From Candidatus Bathyarchaeota archaeon (GTDB lineage Archaea > Thermoproteota > Bathyarchaeia > Bathyarchaeales > Bathycorpusculaceae): a DNA stretch of 59,785 nt. Below the pieces are notes generated by a model. It worked only from the letters and a program-made list of their open reading frames with translations, was not told the origin of the DNA and did not search any database. Below are positions 49,465 through 59,740 of this stretch, in pieces. Location of the stretch: NCBI GenBank assembly GCA_963827165.1, contig CAWGZR010000002.1, positions 1-59,785 on the forward strand, in the 5' to 3' direction. Position numbers and translations under genes: made by a program. Position 1 is the first letter of the stretch. Each line of letters opens with the position of its first letter.

Positions 49465-49794
49465 ATGTCCACTACTGCAGGAGAAGAAATATCAAGGTTC
49501 GATGCGGAAAACGCCACAGCTCAGACAATGGATTTTCTGAAAAGGCTAGGGTACAAGCAAAGCTGGCAGCCGATGAAGGTTTCAATGGACGGAGAATTAT
49601 ATATCGTGGAGATGGCGGCTCAAAAACTATCAGCTAAAGTGCAGATAAACTCCAAAACCAAGGAGATAAAAGAATACGAGCTAACCGAAAGTGAGGCTCA
49701 AGGTAACTCTTTTTTGAACTCGAAAAAACTGTTGTTTATCGTGATCGGGGCTTCAGCAGCGATAGTTTTGCTTCAGTTTCTAGGCGTTTTTTGA
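49465..49794 (+). CDS. Hypothetical C-tail-anchored protein
   Basis: 109 aa with C-terminal TM. Confidence 0.7.
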   Translation: MSTTAGEEISRFDAENATAQTMDFLKRLGYKQSWQPMKVSMDGELYIVEMAAQKLSAKVQINSKTKEIKEYELTESEAQGNSFLNSKKLLFIVIGASAAIVLLQFLGVF

Positions 49795-49829
49795 ATAGAT
49801 TTTCGAGACTCAGAGTTTCATCTGATTGG

Positions 49830-50186
49830 TCATTTGGGTATGTACCTGTTTTTCTCAGAGAAATAATCCATCATTCGGGTATTTCGCAAGAACCTGGCTG
49901 AATGAGCCTTCCCTGCGGGAACAAGGTATTCGTCGCCTTTCCTGCAGAGTTGCGTCTTGCCGTCGATGGTTAATTCCATTTCGCCTTCAACAACTATACC
50001 CCACTGTGGGTAAGTGTGACTATGCGTAGGCATGTCTGCACTGTTTTTAAACTGGAAAAAAACGAGTTGGCTTGCCTCTGCTTGTAGAATCCACGCTTTG
50101 CCGCCCATGCAGGCAATCTTTGCTTCCGGCAGGCTTGTTATTACGTCGGGATAATCAGAAACCTTTGGAACCTTTGATTTACTCAA
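49830..50186 (-). CDS. Cupin domain protein
   Basis: PTHSH..QWG.V.EGE...GD...VPAG.AHSA motifs. Confidence 0.9.
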   Translation of the reverse strand: MSKSKVPKVSDYPDVITSLPEAKIACMGGKAWILQAEASQLVFFQFKNSADMPTHSHTYPQWGIVVEGEMELTIDGKTQLCRKGDEYLVPAGKAHSARFLRNTRMMDYFSEKNRYIPK

Positions 50187-50376
50187 GAGTTTTGCCTCCG
50201 CAAATATCAAGGGCTGAAATGTAGAAAAACCCTTTGATTGATTCCATATAGGTCTCGTTCTTCTTCTGGGATGCGAAGCCTTAAGGGTGAAGTTGTTGAT
50301 ACATGTTAGTAGTTAATCGAGTTTGGATTTGGTAGTCCGGGCTTTGATTGTAATAATTTGGGAATGGGCAAAGAAT

Positions 50377-50628
50377 ATGAAAATGTTTGAAGCGATGGTT
50401 TTTAAAAGAGAAATAGGTGCCAATTGCGGCGTAGACGTGACAATGATTGATACCCCTAATGATGGATTGGTATTGAGTATCGAAGAAGATTTAGTAAAAA
50501 GTAACAATCTTCTGTTCATAAGGGATTTTGTCAATCAACATAAACTATTCTTGTTACTGGACAGCGAACGCTACTTCATTTCTACAAGTGTCTTAGAGGC
50601 GTCGACCCAAATCGGGTGGGACAGCTAA
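50377..50628 (+). CDS. Hypothetical protein
   Basis: ORF 50323..50628, likely ATG at 50377. Confidence 0.55.
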   Translation: MKMFEAMVFKREIGANCGVDVTMIDTPNDGLVLSIEEDLVKSNNLLFIRDFVNQHKLFLLLDSERYFISTSVLEASTQIGWDS

Positions 50629-50648
50629 AACAGCCGTTGAGAACAGGC

Positions 50649-50816
50649 TCAGTCTTTAAGACTATTTGACATGGCGTTTTGGACTTGCTCCTCGTTGCCC
50701 TGTCGAGTTGCTCCGAAGTTCGGGCATTTATCGAGTTTATCATCGTAGACTGTGCCGCGTTAGGAGCACCGAATTTTCAGGTCGAGCCTTTCTGTCTCGA
50801 TTTTTTAAAGCGCCAT
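50649..50816 (-). pseudogene. Degraded small zinc-ribbon gene
   Basis: MAL*KIETERLDLKIRCS*RGTVYDDKLDKCPNFGA...; two in-frame TAA and two lost Cys. Confidence 0.45.
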
Positions 50817-50835
50817 CTTTCGTAAAGCCGTTTTT

Positions 50836-51147
50836 TTATATTTGATATTTTGGTCGTTTGGCTTCTTTTTCCCAGAAATGTTCGTCGTCAACCGTAATTA
50901 CTTGGACTTCAACCACGTTTTTTGGTGTGGTTAATGTCTTTCGTAGCTTAGTGGGTAATTCGGGTTTTGATAGAAGAGCCATTCTGGAAGCCTCTAAGCG
51001 TTCTGCAATGTACTCGGCTTTTTTATTAGCGTAGCCGCGATACTTTATGCTTTTTCCTTCAGTGATTGCCTGATCAAAGTCTTTTTTGCTGCATTGGATT
51101 AGCTTTTCGCAGTCTCGGATGAACCAGAAAGCAAGTGTCTTACTCAT
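50836..51147 (-). CDS. Basic hypothetical protein
   Basis: ATG at 51147 (MSKTLAFWFIRDC...). Confidence 0.6.
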   Translation of the reverse strand: MSKTLAFWFIRDCEKLIQCSKKDFDQAITEGKSIKYRGYANKKAEYIAERLEASRMALLSKPELPTKLRKTLTTPKNVVEVQVITVDDEHFWEKEAKRPKYQI

Positions 51148-51342
51148 TTTAATCGTCGGCAATAGGGTTAGGCAACTCTTAATTAACGTTGCCGTGGTTG
51201 ACAAAGATTAACGCCTCAGAAGTCGAATTTAAGTCAATCATACCAGATAACTAATCTGCTTCACACTAACCTGTTGGCCATCAGAGGCGTTTCAAAAGAA
51301 TTGGACAGGAAAAACAATTTCGAGAATCGGTAAAATTGTGGA

Positions 51343-51483
51343 TTAGCGTTTAAGGGTGAGAGTCAAGTAGTGGCCTTTGTGTTCATTCATCCTGTGTACT
51401 CTCAATTCTTCAGGATTATTAAATTTCGCTGTACATATTCTGCATTTAAACGCGGGTCCATAAATATGCTTGTTATCCAACAT
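51343..51483 (-). CDS. 46-aa C2H2 zinc-finger micro-protein (not in ORF track)
   Basis: MLDNKHIYGPAFKCRICTAKFNNPEELRVHRMNEHKGHYLTLTLKR*; GGAGAAGG RBS; TTTATAA upstream. Confidence 0.85.
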   Translation of the reverse strand: MLDNKHIYGPAFKCRICTAKFNNPEELRVHRMNEHKGHYLTLTLKR

Positions 51484-51903
51484 TAACTGTCAACCTTCTC
51501 CTTTGGCATTGCAAAAATTGCTTCTTACAAGACCATAATAAAATACAACCGAGTTCCTTATAAACCAACGAAAATTCGAGGTTAAAATGAACATACAGTT
51601 CTTCAGATTTTACAACAAGAAGCTGCGAAGTATTTCAATGAGTTCAATACTTGCCCCTACCTCTTCAATATTCTATTTTGGTTTTTGCGGTTTTAGCTAT
51701 TTCTTTTTTTCTTCTTCATTGGTGCTGTGGGCCAAAGTGCGAAATAGCTCATAACATTTGCATACTTAGACACATATACTTATAAGTGCGTATGTTCAGT
51801 TCTGCTTTTATAAATAAGCAACCCCAAAGCAGACAAAAAATGTCAAGGAAGCATGCAATTATTAAAAAAATCGCTTATTCAAAACAGGAACAGGTGACTA
51901 AAA

Positions 51904-52047
51904 TTGGGCCGTATTAACGTAGACATCTCAGATGAATTGGAAAAACAGCTAAGATTGAAGACTGTGGAGAAATTCGGCGGCAAGAAAGGCGACTTATCTA
52001 AAGCTGTCCAAGAAGCAGTAAGAGTTTGGATCAATATCAAACAATAA
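51904..52047 (+). CDS. 47-aa CopG/ribbon-helix-helix protein (not in ORF track)
   Basis: MGRINVDISDELEKQLRLKTVEKFGGKKGDLSKAVQEAVRVWINIKQ*; AGGTGA RBS. Confidence 0.85.
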   Translation: MGRINVDISDELEKQLRLKTVEKFGGKKGDLSKAVQEAVRVWINIKQ

Positions 52048-52250
52048 AGTCGCTTCCTCAAATACTGATAACTACATTATAGGAAGCCTATGTAAAGGGC
52101 AAGGGCAAGCCAGTTAGCCTGGAACATCCTCGTATGAGGGTTATGGGCAATCTAACTGGAAAGATCCCTTTGCAAAATTGACCCCTTAAGCTCAGCATAA
52201 TTGTTGCGAGCTTCAAAAAAATCGAGAATGTTCACAAAATAAATAGTTGG

Positions 52251-53249
52251 ATGGAGTTAGAAAATATGAGTACAACCCAAATTAATGTACCTGAAGATGT
52301 ACAAAAAACTAATCAGCACTTAGTTGAGAAGTGCCCAGAATGCGCAAGCAAAAATTTGGTTCATGACTATGACTCGGGCGAAACCATCTGTGGTGACTGC
52401 GGTCTTGTTTTGTATGAGCAGATGATGGATAAGGGCCCAGAGTGGCGTGCGTTTACTGCAGAAGAGAAAACCTCGAGAAGTCGCGTCGGCATGCCCACAT
52501 CATATTCAATTCATGATAAAGGATTATCTACTGCTATTAGCCAAGTTGATAGAGATGCGTTTGGAAGAAAACTACCATTAGCCACTAGGTTGCAGATGTG
52601 GCGTCTTAGGAAATGGCAAATACGCAGTCGAGTACACTCATCCATCGACCGAAATTTGGCACAAGCAATGGCTGAACTTGAACGTTTATCCAGCAAAGTT
52701 TCCATCTCACCGCCAATAAGAGAGAAAGCAGCCGTCGTTTACAGAAAAGCGCTGGACAAAGGCTTAGTCCGTGGAAGGTCAATCAACGCCATCGCCGCAG
52801 CCTCACTTTATGCTGCTTGCCGAAAAAGCGGATCACCCAGGACTCTTCGCGAAGTGGCCGAGGCTAGTCTTGTTGATAGGAAAGATGTTGCAAGATGCTA
52901 CAGGCTGCTTCTACAAGAGCTTGATTTTCATATGCCCCTCTCTGACCCAATGACGTATGTCTCAAAAATTGCAGAGAAAACAGGAATATCGGGCAAAACA
53001 CAAGGCGCAGCAATAGCAATACTTAGGATAGCTAAGCAAAAAAGAGTTTCAGCAGGAAAAGACCCTATGGGTTTAGCTGCCGCCGCACTCTATATCGCAT
53101 GCTTACAGAATAGCGAAAAACAAACGCAAAAAGACATCTCTGAGGCAGCTGGAGTCACCGAAGTTACAGTTAGAAACAGATACAAGGACCTAATGAAACG
53201 GCTGCACCTTGAAACACCTGATAAGAAACTTGTTCCAAGTTTTCTTTGA
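52251..53249 (+). CDS. tfb: Transcription initiation factor IIB (canonical)
   Basis: CPEC/CGDC ribbon, GPEWRAF B-reader, RLRKWQ, GRS, GKDP, VTEVTVRNRY. Confidence 0.97.
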   Translation: MELENMSTTQINVPEDVQKTNQHLVEKCPECASKNLVHDYDSGETICGDCGLVLYEQMMDKGPEWRAFTAEEKTSRSRVGMPTSYSIHDKGLSTAISQVDRDAFGRKLPLATRLQMWRLRKWQIRSRVHSSIDRNLAQAMAELERLSSKVSISPPIREKAAVVYRKALDKGLVRGRSINAIAAASLYAACRKSGSPRTLREVAEASLVDRKDVARCYRLLLQELDFHMPLSDPMTYVSKIAEKTGISGKTQGAAIAILRIAKQKRVSAGKDPMGLAAAALYIACLQNSEKQTQKDISEAAGVTEVTVRNRYKDLMKRLHLETPDKKLVPSFL

Positions 53250-53923
53250 TTTTTCCGTATTTTTTGTCATATTCAAGAGAAGCACTTATTTTGCTCCTCA
53301 AAGAATTTTGTGCGAATTTATCCGATATTTTTTATTTGTAAGAACCGTCCAAATGCGAGGTACGTAAGTTTGATTTGAAGTTCGGTTCACCGCACTTTTA
53401 GATTTCAATAGACGCCGGTTCCATAAATGTTATCTTGGTTTGCCTAATAGGATTCAATATAGTATTCCCGTTTTAATTTGCTTGCAAAAATCTCATATGT
53501 CTGTTGATATGAAGAGCTGGGTTCACATCGGTAAGGGGGCGGATTTCAAAGTTCTGGTATTTACTAATGGATTATTTTTTGTAAGTTTGTGTTAACTTTT
53601 TTGGCTACTAAGGCAACATGGATAAGGGTGGCATGATACTTTGATAGTGTAGGAGGGTAACTAAAAATAAAAAGCAAAACTAAAAACAAACCTGATAATG
53701 AGAAAAAACCAAACCAAACTAAAAATAAAGGAAAAAAGGAATGGAAGCAGAGATAAAAAAAAAAATAGAATTTCAATATATCCTCCATTAGACGCGAAGT
53801 TAAAGCTGAAACGTCCAGTTCCTGCTTCTTTTGGGCGCTTGGCATTTTGAACTTTATTCTTTCTAATTTGTAAGGACAAAGTAAATACGCCGGTCTCTGA
53901 ACCTGAAACGGTTCAGAAATTTG

Positions 53924-54001
53924 TGGTGGGGCTGGAGAGATTTGAACTCTCGTCTATAACGCCCGAGGCTACAAGCCTGGACCAAGCTAGCCGACAGCCC
54001 C
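53924..54001 (-). tRNA. tRNA-Pro(CGG), intronless, CCA encoded
   Basis: GGGGCTG/CAGCCCC-A-CCA; anticodon loop CTCGGGC; T arm GAGAG-TTCAAAT-CTCTC. Confidence 0.93.
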
Positions 54002-54090
54002 GTTTGCGTGGGCTTGGTTTTTTGGGGTCATAGAGTAATACCAGCTTAAGCTTTAAACTTTAGCGGTTAAGAAATATGGGTTGATGCCGT

Positions 54091-54693
54091 TTAGGCGGTG
54101 GTTAGGGCGGTTGCGGTCGGGGATGTGGCGGTTTGAGGTCGGATTAGAGGTTTTACGACTTGGCTGTGGTATAGCCTAGCACATATGCATAACGCTGTAG
54201 CTGCAATTGCAAGGAAGAAAGGCAATTCGAATGCTCCTGAAACCAAAGCGCTGACTGTGGCGCCCATAGTCCAGCTTCCCGGTACTGTGACTGTGGCGGA
54301 TCCATTTAATGGAAGGTACATGCCGAAGTGCCCCGCAATCAACAGAATTATGATGAGGATGGCAACGAAGCTTACAACTGAGTACAGCGGCTTTTTGTAT
54401 GAAAATCCCAAAAGTTGCTTAGCGTAGGGTTTTGTCGGGAACAATGAGTAAATCAGCATAATTATGCCTGACGCTGAGAATGTCAGGATTGTAATAAGAT
54501 TAAGCGCCCAAATCATTGGTATCGCGAATTGGGTACCGAAAATGCCGAAGTTTGTATTTACTGGGGATGCGTTGATTTTTATGAGGTTTTGTCCAATAGT
54601 TAGTTGCCACCAAGGTTCGTAGAAGGAAATTGCAAGCATTACCAACGTGACTATGCCGGCTGCGAATCCAATCCAGTTTATCTTGCGAGCCAC
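54091..54693 (-). CDS. Four-TM membrane protein
   Basis: Hydrophobic helices, PWW motif; directly follows the upstream gene. Confidence 0.8.
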   Translation of the reverse strand: MARKINWIGFAAGIVTLVMLAISFYEPWWQLTIGQNLIKINASPVNTNFGIFGTQFAIPMIWALNLITILTFSASGIIMLIYSLFPTKPYAKQLLGFSYKKPLYSVVSFVAILIIILLIAGHFGMYLPLNGSATVTVPGSWTMGATVSALVSGAFELPFFLAIAATALCICARLYHSQVVKPLIRPQTATSPTATALTTA

Positions 54694-55305
54694 TTAGGTT
54701 CCTCCTGAACTTAATGCCGAGCTTTCAAGACTTGAAATTGATCCAGCATCGATGTGTGGGATGTTCACGTATACTCCGCCAACATCAACGTTTACGTTGT
54801 CCAAAGCGATGTTTAGGGTTCCGCTTTGATATTGGGCCGTTAGTCGATTAACCATGTCAGGATTCAATTGTCCAATAGCTGTTATTATCGAGTTTGCCCC
54901 CGGAGCTATACTGATTGTTTGCGGTATAGAGACGTTTCCAATTTGAGTGCCGTCTTCTGTGACTACTTGGGCTGAGAGTTGGCTGAAGGTAAGTTCGGTG
55001 GCTAGGGGATTTGTGAAGTTGAAGGGGTAGCTAAAGGCGCCTGTTGTGGGGTCGTATTGCGGTTGGCCGACGGGTTGAGGAAGTTGGAAATTGGGGAGGG
55101 AAGGCAACGGGGACGCTTGGGTTCCGACGGCGGCTCCGTTGTTGCCGCTGTTGTTTTTGTTGTCTGCTCCATTCATTAGGCTCTGGATTTGAGGAGGAAT
55201 AGCAAGCCCCTCCAGATTGTCTTGGTAAATATAAACTTCAACTGCTAAAGGAACAATTATGATGGCGATTGAAAGGATTGTTAAAGCTAACTTTACTTTA
55301 TCCGT
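54694..55305 (-). CDS. Membrane-anchored protein (LEA_2-like beta domain), apparent ACG start
   Basis: Frame extends 43 codons upstream of the track ATG and encodes the signal anchor DKVKLALTILSIAIIIVPLAV; FTNPL motif. Confidence 0.7.
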   Translation of the reverse strand, partial: TDKVKLALTILSIAIIIVPLAVEVYIYQDNLEGLAIPPQIQSLMNGADNKNNSGNNGAAVGTQASPLPSLPNFQLPQPVGQPQYDPTTGAFSYPFNFTNPLATELTFSQLSAQVVTEDGTQIGNVSIPQTISIAPGANSIITAIGQLNPDMVNRLTAQYQSGTLNIALDNVNVDVGGVYVNIPHIDAGSISSLESSALSSGGT

Positions 55306-55607
55306 AACTTTGCCCCCGCTCTTACGTCTATTCAGCGCTTATGCCTTTTAATTATTTCGTAACAAAAATCTTAAGTCTTAATCAACGTTTGCAGCAAGAC
55401 ATTGCGTTGATTTTTGTTTTGGTTGTTTGGGGCTTGTATTGTTTGCAAGTCACATTTCAATTCGTTTTTTTGACGCAAAATGACTTATCCTATTTTTTCT
55501 GAACTCTCAGGGTGCGTTTGCTTTTGGATTGGAGACTTTGGTTGTATGGGGTGGTTTGCAGATTTATGTCGGGCTTGTTGATGAATGGACTTTTGTGGGG
55601 TTGGAGC

Positions 55608-55913
55608 TTAAAGTGTTAGTATTCCTTTGCGTCTCAGCGTGTCAGCTTGCGAGTGGGTGTAACGCCAGACGACGTCGCCGCGTTTGTCAGTTTGGAATTC
55701 CCATGGTGAAACAATAACGATGTCGCCTTCACGTATCCAGACGCGCCGTTTCATTTTGCCTCGGATCCTGCAAAGCCGTTCAGCGCCGTCTTGGCATTTG
55801 ACCTGGATTCGGTCGAACCCGAGCAACTTAACGACAACGCCTAAAACTTCGCCTTGCCCAGGATACGTCATTTCGCTAATTGCGCCTTCGCTTAGCACTT
55901 TTTTCTTTCCCAA
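55608..55913 (-). CDS. eif1a: Translation initiation factor aIF-1A
   Basis: CRIRGKMKRRVWIREGDIVIVSPWEFQ; TTG start MGKKK. Confidence 0.97.
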   Translation of the reverse strand: MGKKKVLSEGAISEMTYPGQGEVLGVVVKLLGFDRIQVKCQDGAERLCRIRGKMKRRVWIREGDIVIVSPWEFQTDKRGDVVWRYTHSQADTLRRKGILTL

Positions 55914-56067
55914 ACAGTGTAAACTCCGTCTGCTAGATAATTGAAAAACATTGCTTTTCATGCTTAAAAGCATGTTCATCGAACAATGCAGATTTAGCAA
56001 TCGGAAAATAGAAATTAAAGTTAGTTTGCCGCTTTGATGTTGGATGCAGGTTTAAATTATTCTGTCC

Positions 56068-56901
56068 TTGAATATGGTAACGGGAGATTCGCGGAAAGTG
56101 TCTTATGTCTTTAATATTCCCTATCGAAGCAACGTCAGACTCAAGCAGGTTATGGAGAGAATAAAAGAAGACAAGAAACTGCAGACTTACTGGAAATGCA
56201 GCAACGTGATGGCTATAGAACGTATGGGTTACACCGACCACGGCCCAACCCACGTGAAAATTGTATCCAACATCGCGTTGAAGATGCTGCGGATTTTGGT
56301 CGAGAAAAAACTAATTACCCCCAGTATAGTCGAAAACTACGATATGAAAAATGATGACGCGGAAGTTGTGGTTGTTTTGGCCTCAATCTTCCATGACTTA
56401 GGCATGATTGTACAACGCAATGGTCATGAAAAATACAGTGTAACCTTGGCTTTGCAGTTTCTGGACTGTTTGAAGCCGACTTACAGTGATGAAGAAGAAG
56501 CTATAATCACTTCAGAAGTTCTTCATGCCATTGTGGCGCATGAACAGCCACCCAGTTCCGATCCAACCCACAGAATACTGACCAAAGAAGCGGGGATAGT
56601 GGGCATCGCAGACGCTTTGGATATGGAGGCCGGAAGGGCAAGGATTCCATTTCAAGCAGGAAAAATAGATATCCACGCGGTTTCGGCACTGTCAATCGAG
56701 AAGGTCGAGGTTGAAGCAGTTGAAGGTGGGAAAAAACCAATCGAGATAAAGATCAAGATGTCAAATTCAGCAGGAGTTTTCCAGATAGATGAGCTTCTCA
56801 AACCCAGAATAATTTACTCGGGGCTTGAACAATTCTTCCACGTAATCGCTGAAATCACAGGTGAAAAAGAAAACAGAATCATTGAGAAATTCGAAATCTA
56901 A
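56068..56901 (+). CDS. HD-domain phosphohydrolase
   Basis: DHGPTH, FHDLG, H..H and ADALD motifs. Confidence 0.9.
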   Translation: MNMVTGDSRKVSYVFNIPYRSNVRLKQVMERIKEDKKLQTYWKCSNVMAIERMGYTDHGPTHVKIVSNIALKMLRILVEKKLITPSIVENYDMKNDDAEVVVVLASIFHDLGMIVQRNGHEKYSVTLALQFLDCLKPTYSDEEEAIITSEVLHAIVAHEQPPSSDPTHRILTKEAGIVGIADALDMEAGRARIPFQAGKIDIHAVSALSIEKVEVEAVEGGKKPIEIKIKMSNSAGVFQIDELLKPRIIYSGLEQFFHVIAEITGEKENRIIEKFEI

Positions 56902-57005
56902 GGCTCTCACCTGCGAAGCCCATTAAAGTTACCGCTGTCTTAATACGGGCTGAGCGAAGAGTAATTCTAGAGTCTTTGCAGAAGGCAAAGTTAGAGGCGA
57001 TTGGA

Positions 57006-58392
57006 ATGGCAACAAGAAAAGAGATTGATCCGTTAGGCGAGAAACTTATTCCTAAAGATGCTTATTTTGGCATTCAAACTTTAAGGGCGACTGAGAATTT
57101 CCCAGTTAGCGGAATCAAAGCGCCAATCGTCTTCATCAATGCATATGTGCTTGTCAAAAAAGCCGCAGCCACTGCGAACATGCAGTTGGGTTGTCTTGAT
57201 GGCGAACAAGGAAAAGCTATCATTCGGGCATGCGACGAAGTTTTAGCTGGAAAACTGATCGATCAGTTTGTCGTCGACGTCTTCCAAGCTGGGGCAGGGA
57301 CGTCGTTCAACATGAATGTTAACGAAGTTTTGGCTAACAGGGCTCTGGAAATCTTGGGCAAAGAGAAGGGCGACTACAAAACCGTCAGCCCCAACGATCA
57401 CGTCAACATGGGGCAGTCAACCAACGACACGTTTCCAACAGCGCTCAACGTCTCTATTCTTGCCGCGTTACAACCGCTACTTAAAGTGCTGGATGAATTA
57501 GCTGACTCGTTTGGAGAACTCGGCAGAAAATATGCCTCTGTCCTTAAGTCAGGTAGAACCCATCTGCAAGACGCCGTGCCGGTAACAATCGGTCAAGAAT
57601 TCTCAGCGTATAGTTCGGCTGTTACCAACGCTTGCCTAGAAACTTCGAGAAAGGCAGGAAAACCTTTATGGTGTTGCTTTAGGCGGCACAGCAGTGGGAA
57701 CGGGCGCCAACGCCCACCCAAAATACAAGCGCCTTGCCACATCCGAATTGGCGAAGCTAACTGGATTCCCGTTTAAGCCTGCCGAAAACACCTTTGAGGC
57801 GCTCCAAAGCCAAAGGGCGACGCAGACGGTTTCAAGCGCCCTAAAAGAGCTGGCGTTAGAGCTTATCAGGGTGGCAAACGATTTGCGCCTTTTAGCGTCG
57901 GGTCCTACAACTGGATTCAACGAGATTGTACTTCCGCCTGTGCAACCTGGCTCATCAATTATGCCGGGCAAAGTCAACCCCGTAATGGCTGAATGTCTGG
58001 ACATGGTCTCTTTTCAAGTGGTGGGAAACGATGCAGCGGTTTCCTATGCGGTTCAAGCTGGGCAAATGGAACTCAACGTTATGACGCCTATAATCATGTA
58101 TAACATGCTGTTCTCTATCCAAATCCTCAGTAACTTCATCCCTGCATTCACCAAGAAATGCGTCCAAGGAATAACAGTCAATGAGGCTCAGTGTAGCCAA
58201 TATTTGGAAAAGAACCCATCCTTAGCCACCTTGCTTTCACCCTACGTCGGTTATTTGGAAGCTGCGAAAATAGCCAAACAAGCCCAAGCTGAGAACCGTT
58301 CGGTAAAGGAAATTGTGTTGGAGAAAAAGCTGCTTAAACCAGAGGAAATCGACAAAATATTTAGCCGAAGAAACCTGCTTAACGAACGCTGA
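57006..58392 (+). CDS. aspA: Aspartate ammonia-lyase/class II fumarase; +1 frameshift near 57640
   Basis: QAGAGTS, NDHVNMGQSTND, GRTHLQDA and GSSIMPGKVNP motifs; aspA versus fumC not resolvable by eye. Confidence 0.85.
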
Positions 58393-58393
58393 A

Positions 58394-59740
58394 TCAACCT
58401 GCCGTGCCATAACCGCTGACAGTGACCACAGCATTTGTCGTACTGACGTTTGATTGGGCGTCAAACACTACGCCGATAACTACACTTTGTGACGGGAACA
58501 GTTGCAGCATTTGGTCGTTGCTAAGCCATGCCGAACCCGTGCTGTTGAAGACTTGTGTAATGGCGCTCGAGACGACGTTGTCGACGAGCAGGAGTCGAAC
58601 CCGCACTGTTATTGTTTCGCCGCTGGCTAAGACTCCGCCTACTTGTATTTTGGGTTCAAAGGCGACAATATTAAGGGGAACTGCTTGAATCGTTGCGTTG
58701 CTAGCGTACTGCCCGCTTACGCCGACTGGGACATTGATGTTTTGTCGCTCGAAGGCGCTGCCGACGCCTAAAATCCAGATGCTGTATGGGTTGTGAACGT
58801 TGGCTGTCCAGGCGCCTAGGAAGTTCACGTCGCCGTCCAATGTCGGGGCTGGGTTGCAGTCTTTCCCGAGATCCATTGCATACATGTTGTTGGGCGCATT
58901 TGTGAACGACTCGAAAACTACGCTGGAAAGCAAGGTCTGGTACATTGAACCGTCGACCAGAAGGCCGGTTTGATTGGTGTGCCCATCCTGCCCAGTCCAT
59001 ATCCTGATGTTCTGCATTTCGCTGTCAGAAAACTGGGCTCCAGATTCAACGTTGATTCCGACTGAGTTGTCGCGGATGTTGAAGAAGCATCGCTCTATGT
59101 CTGAGCTGGCGTAGGAGCCCGTCGCGTTGACTGTTGGTGTTTCGAAAACTATGCCTTCGGAAGCATTGATGAAATAGCAGTTGTCGATTTGGGTGTCTTC
59201 ACTCCACGTGTTTGTGTTGGATAAATCAATACCCTCTGAAGTATTCTCAAAGACCATGTTGGTCACGGTTGTTCCAAACGAGTTCTCAATTCGCAGAGTT
59301 CCATTGATCACCGTTAAGCCCGAAATCGTTGCGTATTGGGAAGTTGTGAAGTTATACCCATAAACGATTATTTTGTGTCCGTTTCCGATTATTGTTGCGC
59401 CATTCCCCACGATTTTAGCGTTGATTTTGTTGGAGACCAAAATGTCCTTGTTCAGGACATAGGTGCCGGCGTTAAGGTAAATTGAGAGTCCATGGGTTAA
59501 GGCTGAGTTGACCGCTGATGATATGCTGCCGGACACAGTGGTTAGTGAACCAGTCTGCATATTTTTTATTTGGTAGTTGTTGCCATTTTGGGAGACGACA
59601 AAATCGTACGCCACCGCATTTGAGTTAAAATTGGGTCGATTCAGAATCATGAAGGTGTTGAATGCTGATAGTGCAAGTACTGCTATGAGGATGATGGCGA
59701 GGACACGTTTAGAGATAGTAATTTTTGGTTTTTTTTGCAT
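58394..59740 (-). CDS. Secreted/anchored protein with right-handed beta-helix (pectin-lyase-like) domain
   Basis: Signal anchor; YLNAGTY, IVGNGATI, ISGLTV; Asn-rich repeats. Confidence 0.75.
   Translation of the reverse strand: MQKKPKITISKRVLAIILIAVLALSAFNTFMILNRPNFNSNAVAYDFVVSQNGNNYQIKNMQTGSLTTVSGSISSAVNSALTHGLSIYLNAGTYVLNKDILVSNKINAKIVGNGATIIGNGHKIIVYGYNFTTSQYATISGLTVINGTLRIENSFGTTVTNMVFENTSEGIDLSNTNTWSEDTQIDNCYFINASEGIVFETPTVNATGSYASSDIERCFFNIRDNSVGINVESGAQFSDSEMQNIRIWTGQDGHTNQTGLLVDGSMYQTLLSSVVFESFTNAPNNMYAMDLGKDCNPAPTLDGDVNFLGAWTANVHNPYSIWILGVGSAFERQNINVPVGVSGQYASNATIQAVPLNIVAFEPKIQVGGVLASGETITVRVRLLLVDNVVSSAITQVFNSTGSAWLSNDQMLQLFPSQSVVIGVVFDAQSNVSTTNAVVTVSGYGTAG

Noticed and set aside
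53564-53879. Phe-rich minus-strand ORFs
   Set aside because: Mostly derived from an A-rich low-complexity tract; only the first ~26 codons of 53845 look protein-like.
50600-54001. Integrated element ending at tRNA-Pro
   Set aside because: No integrase, transposase or duplicated tRNA 3' end found in the window.
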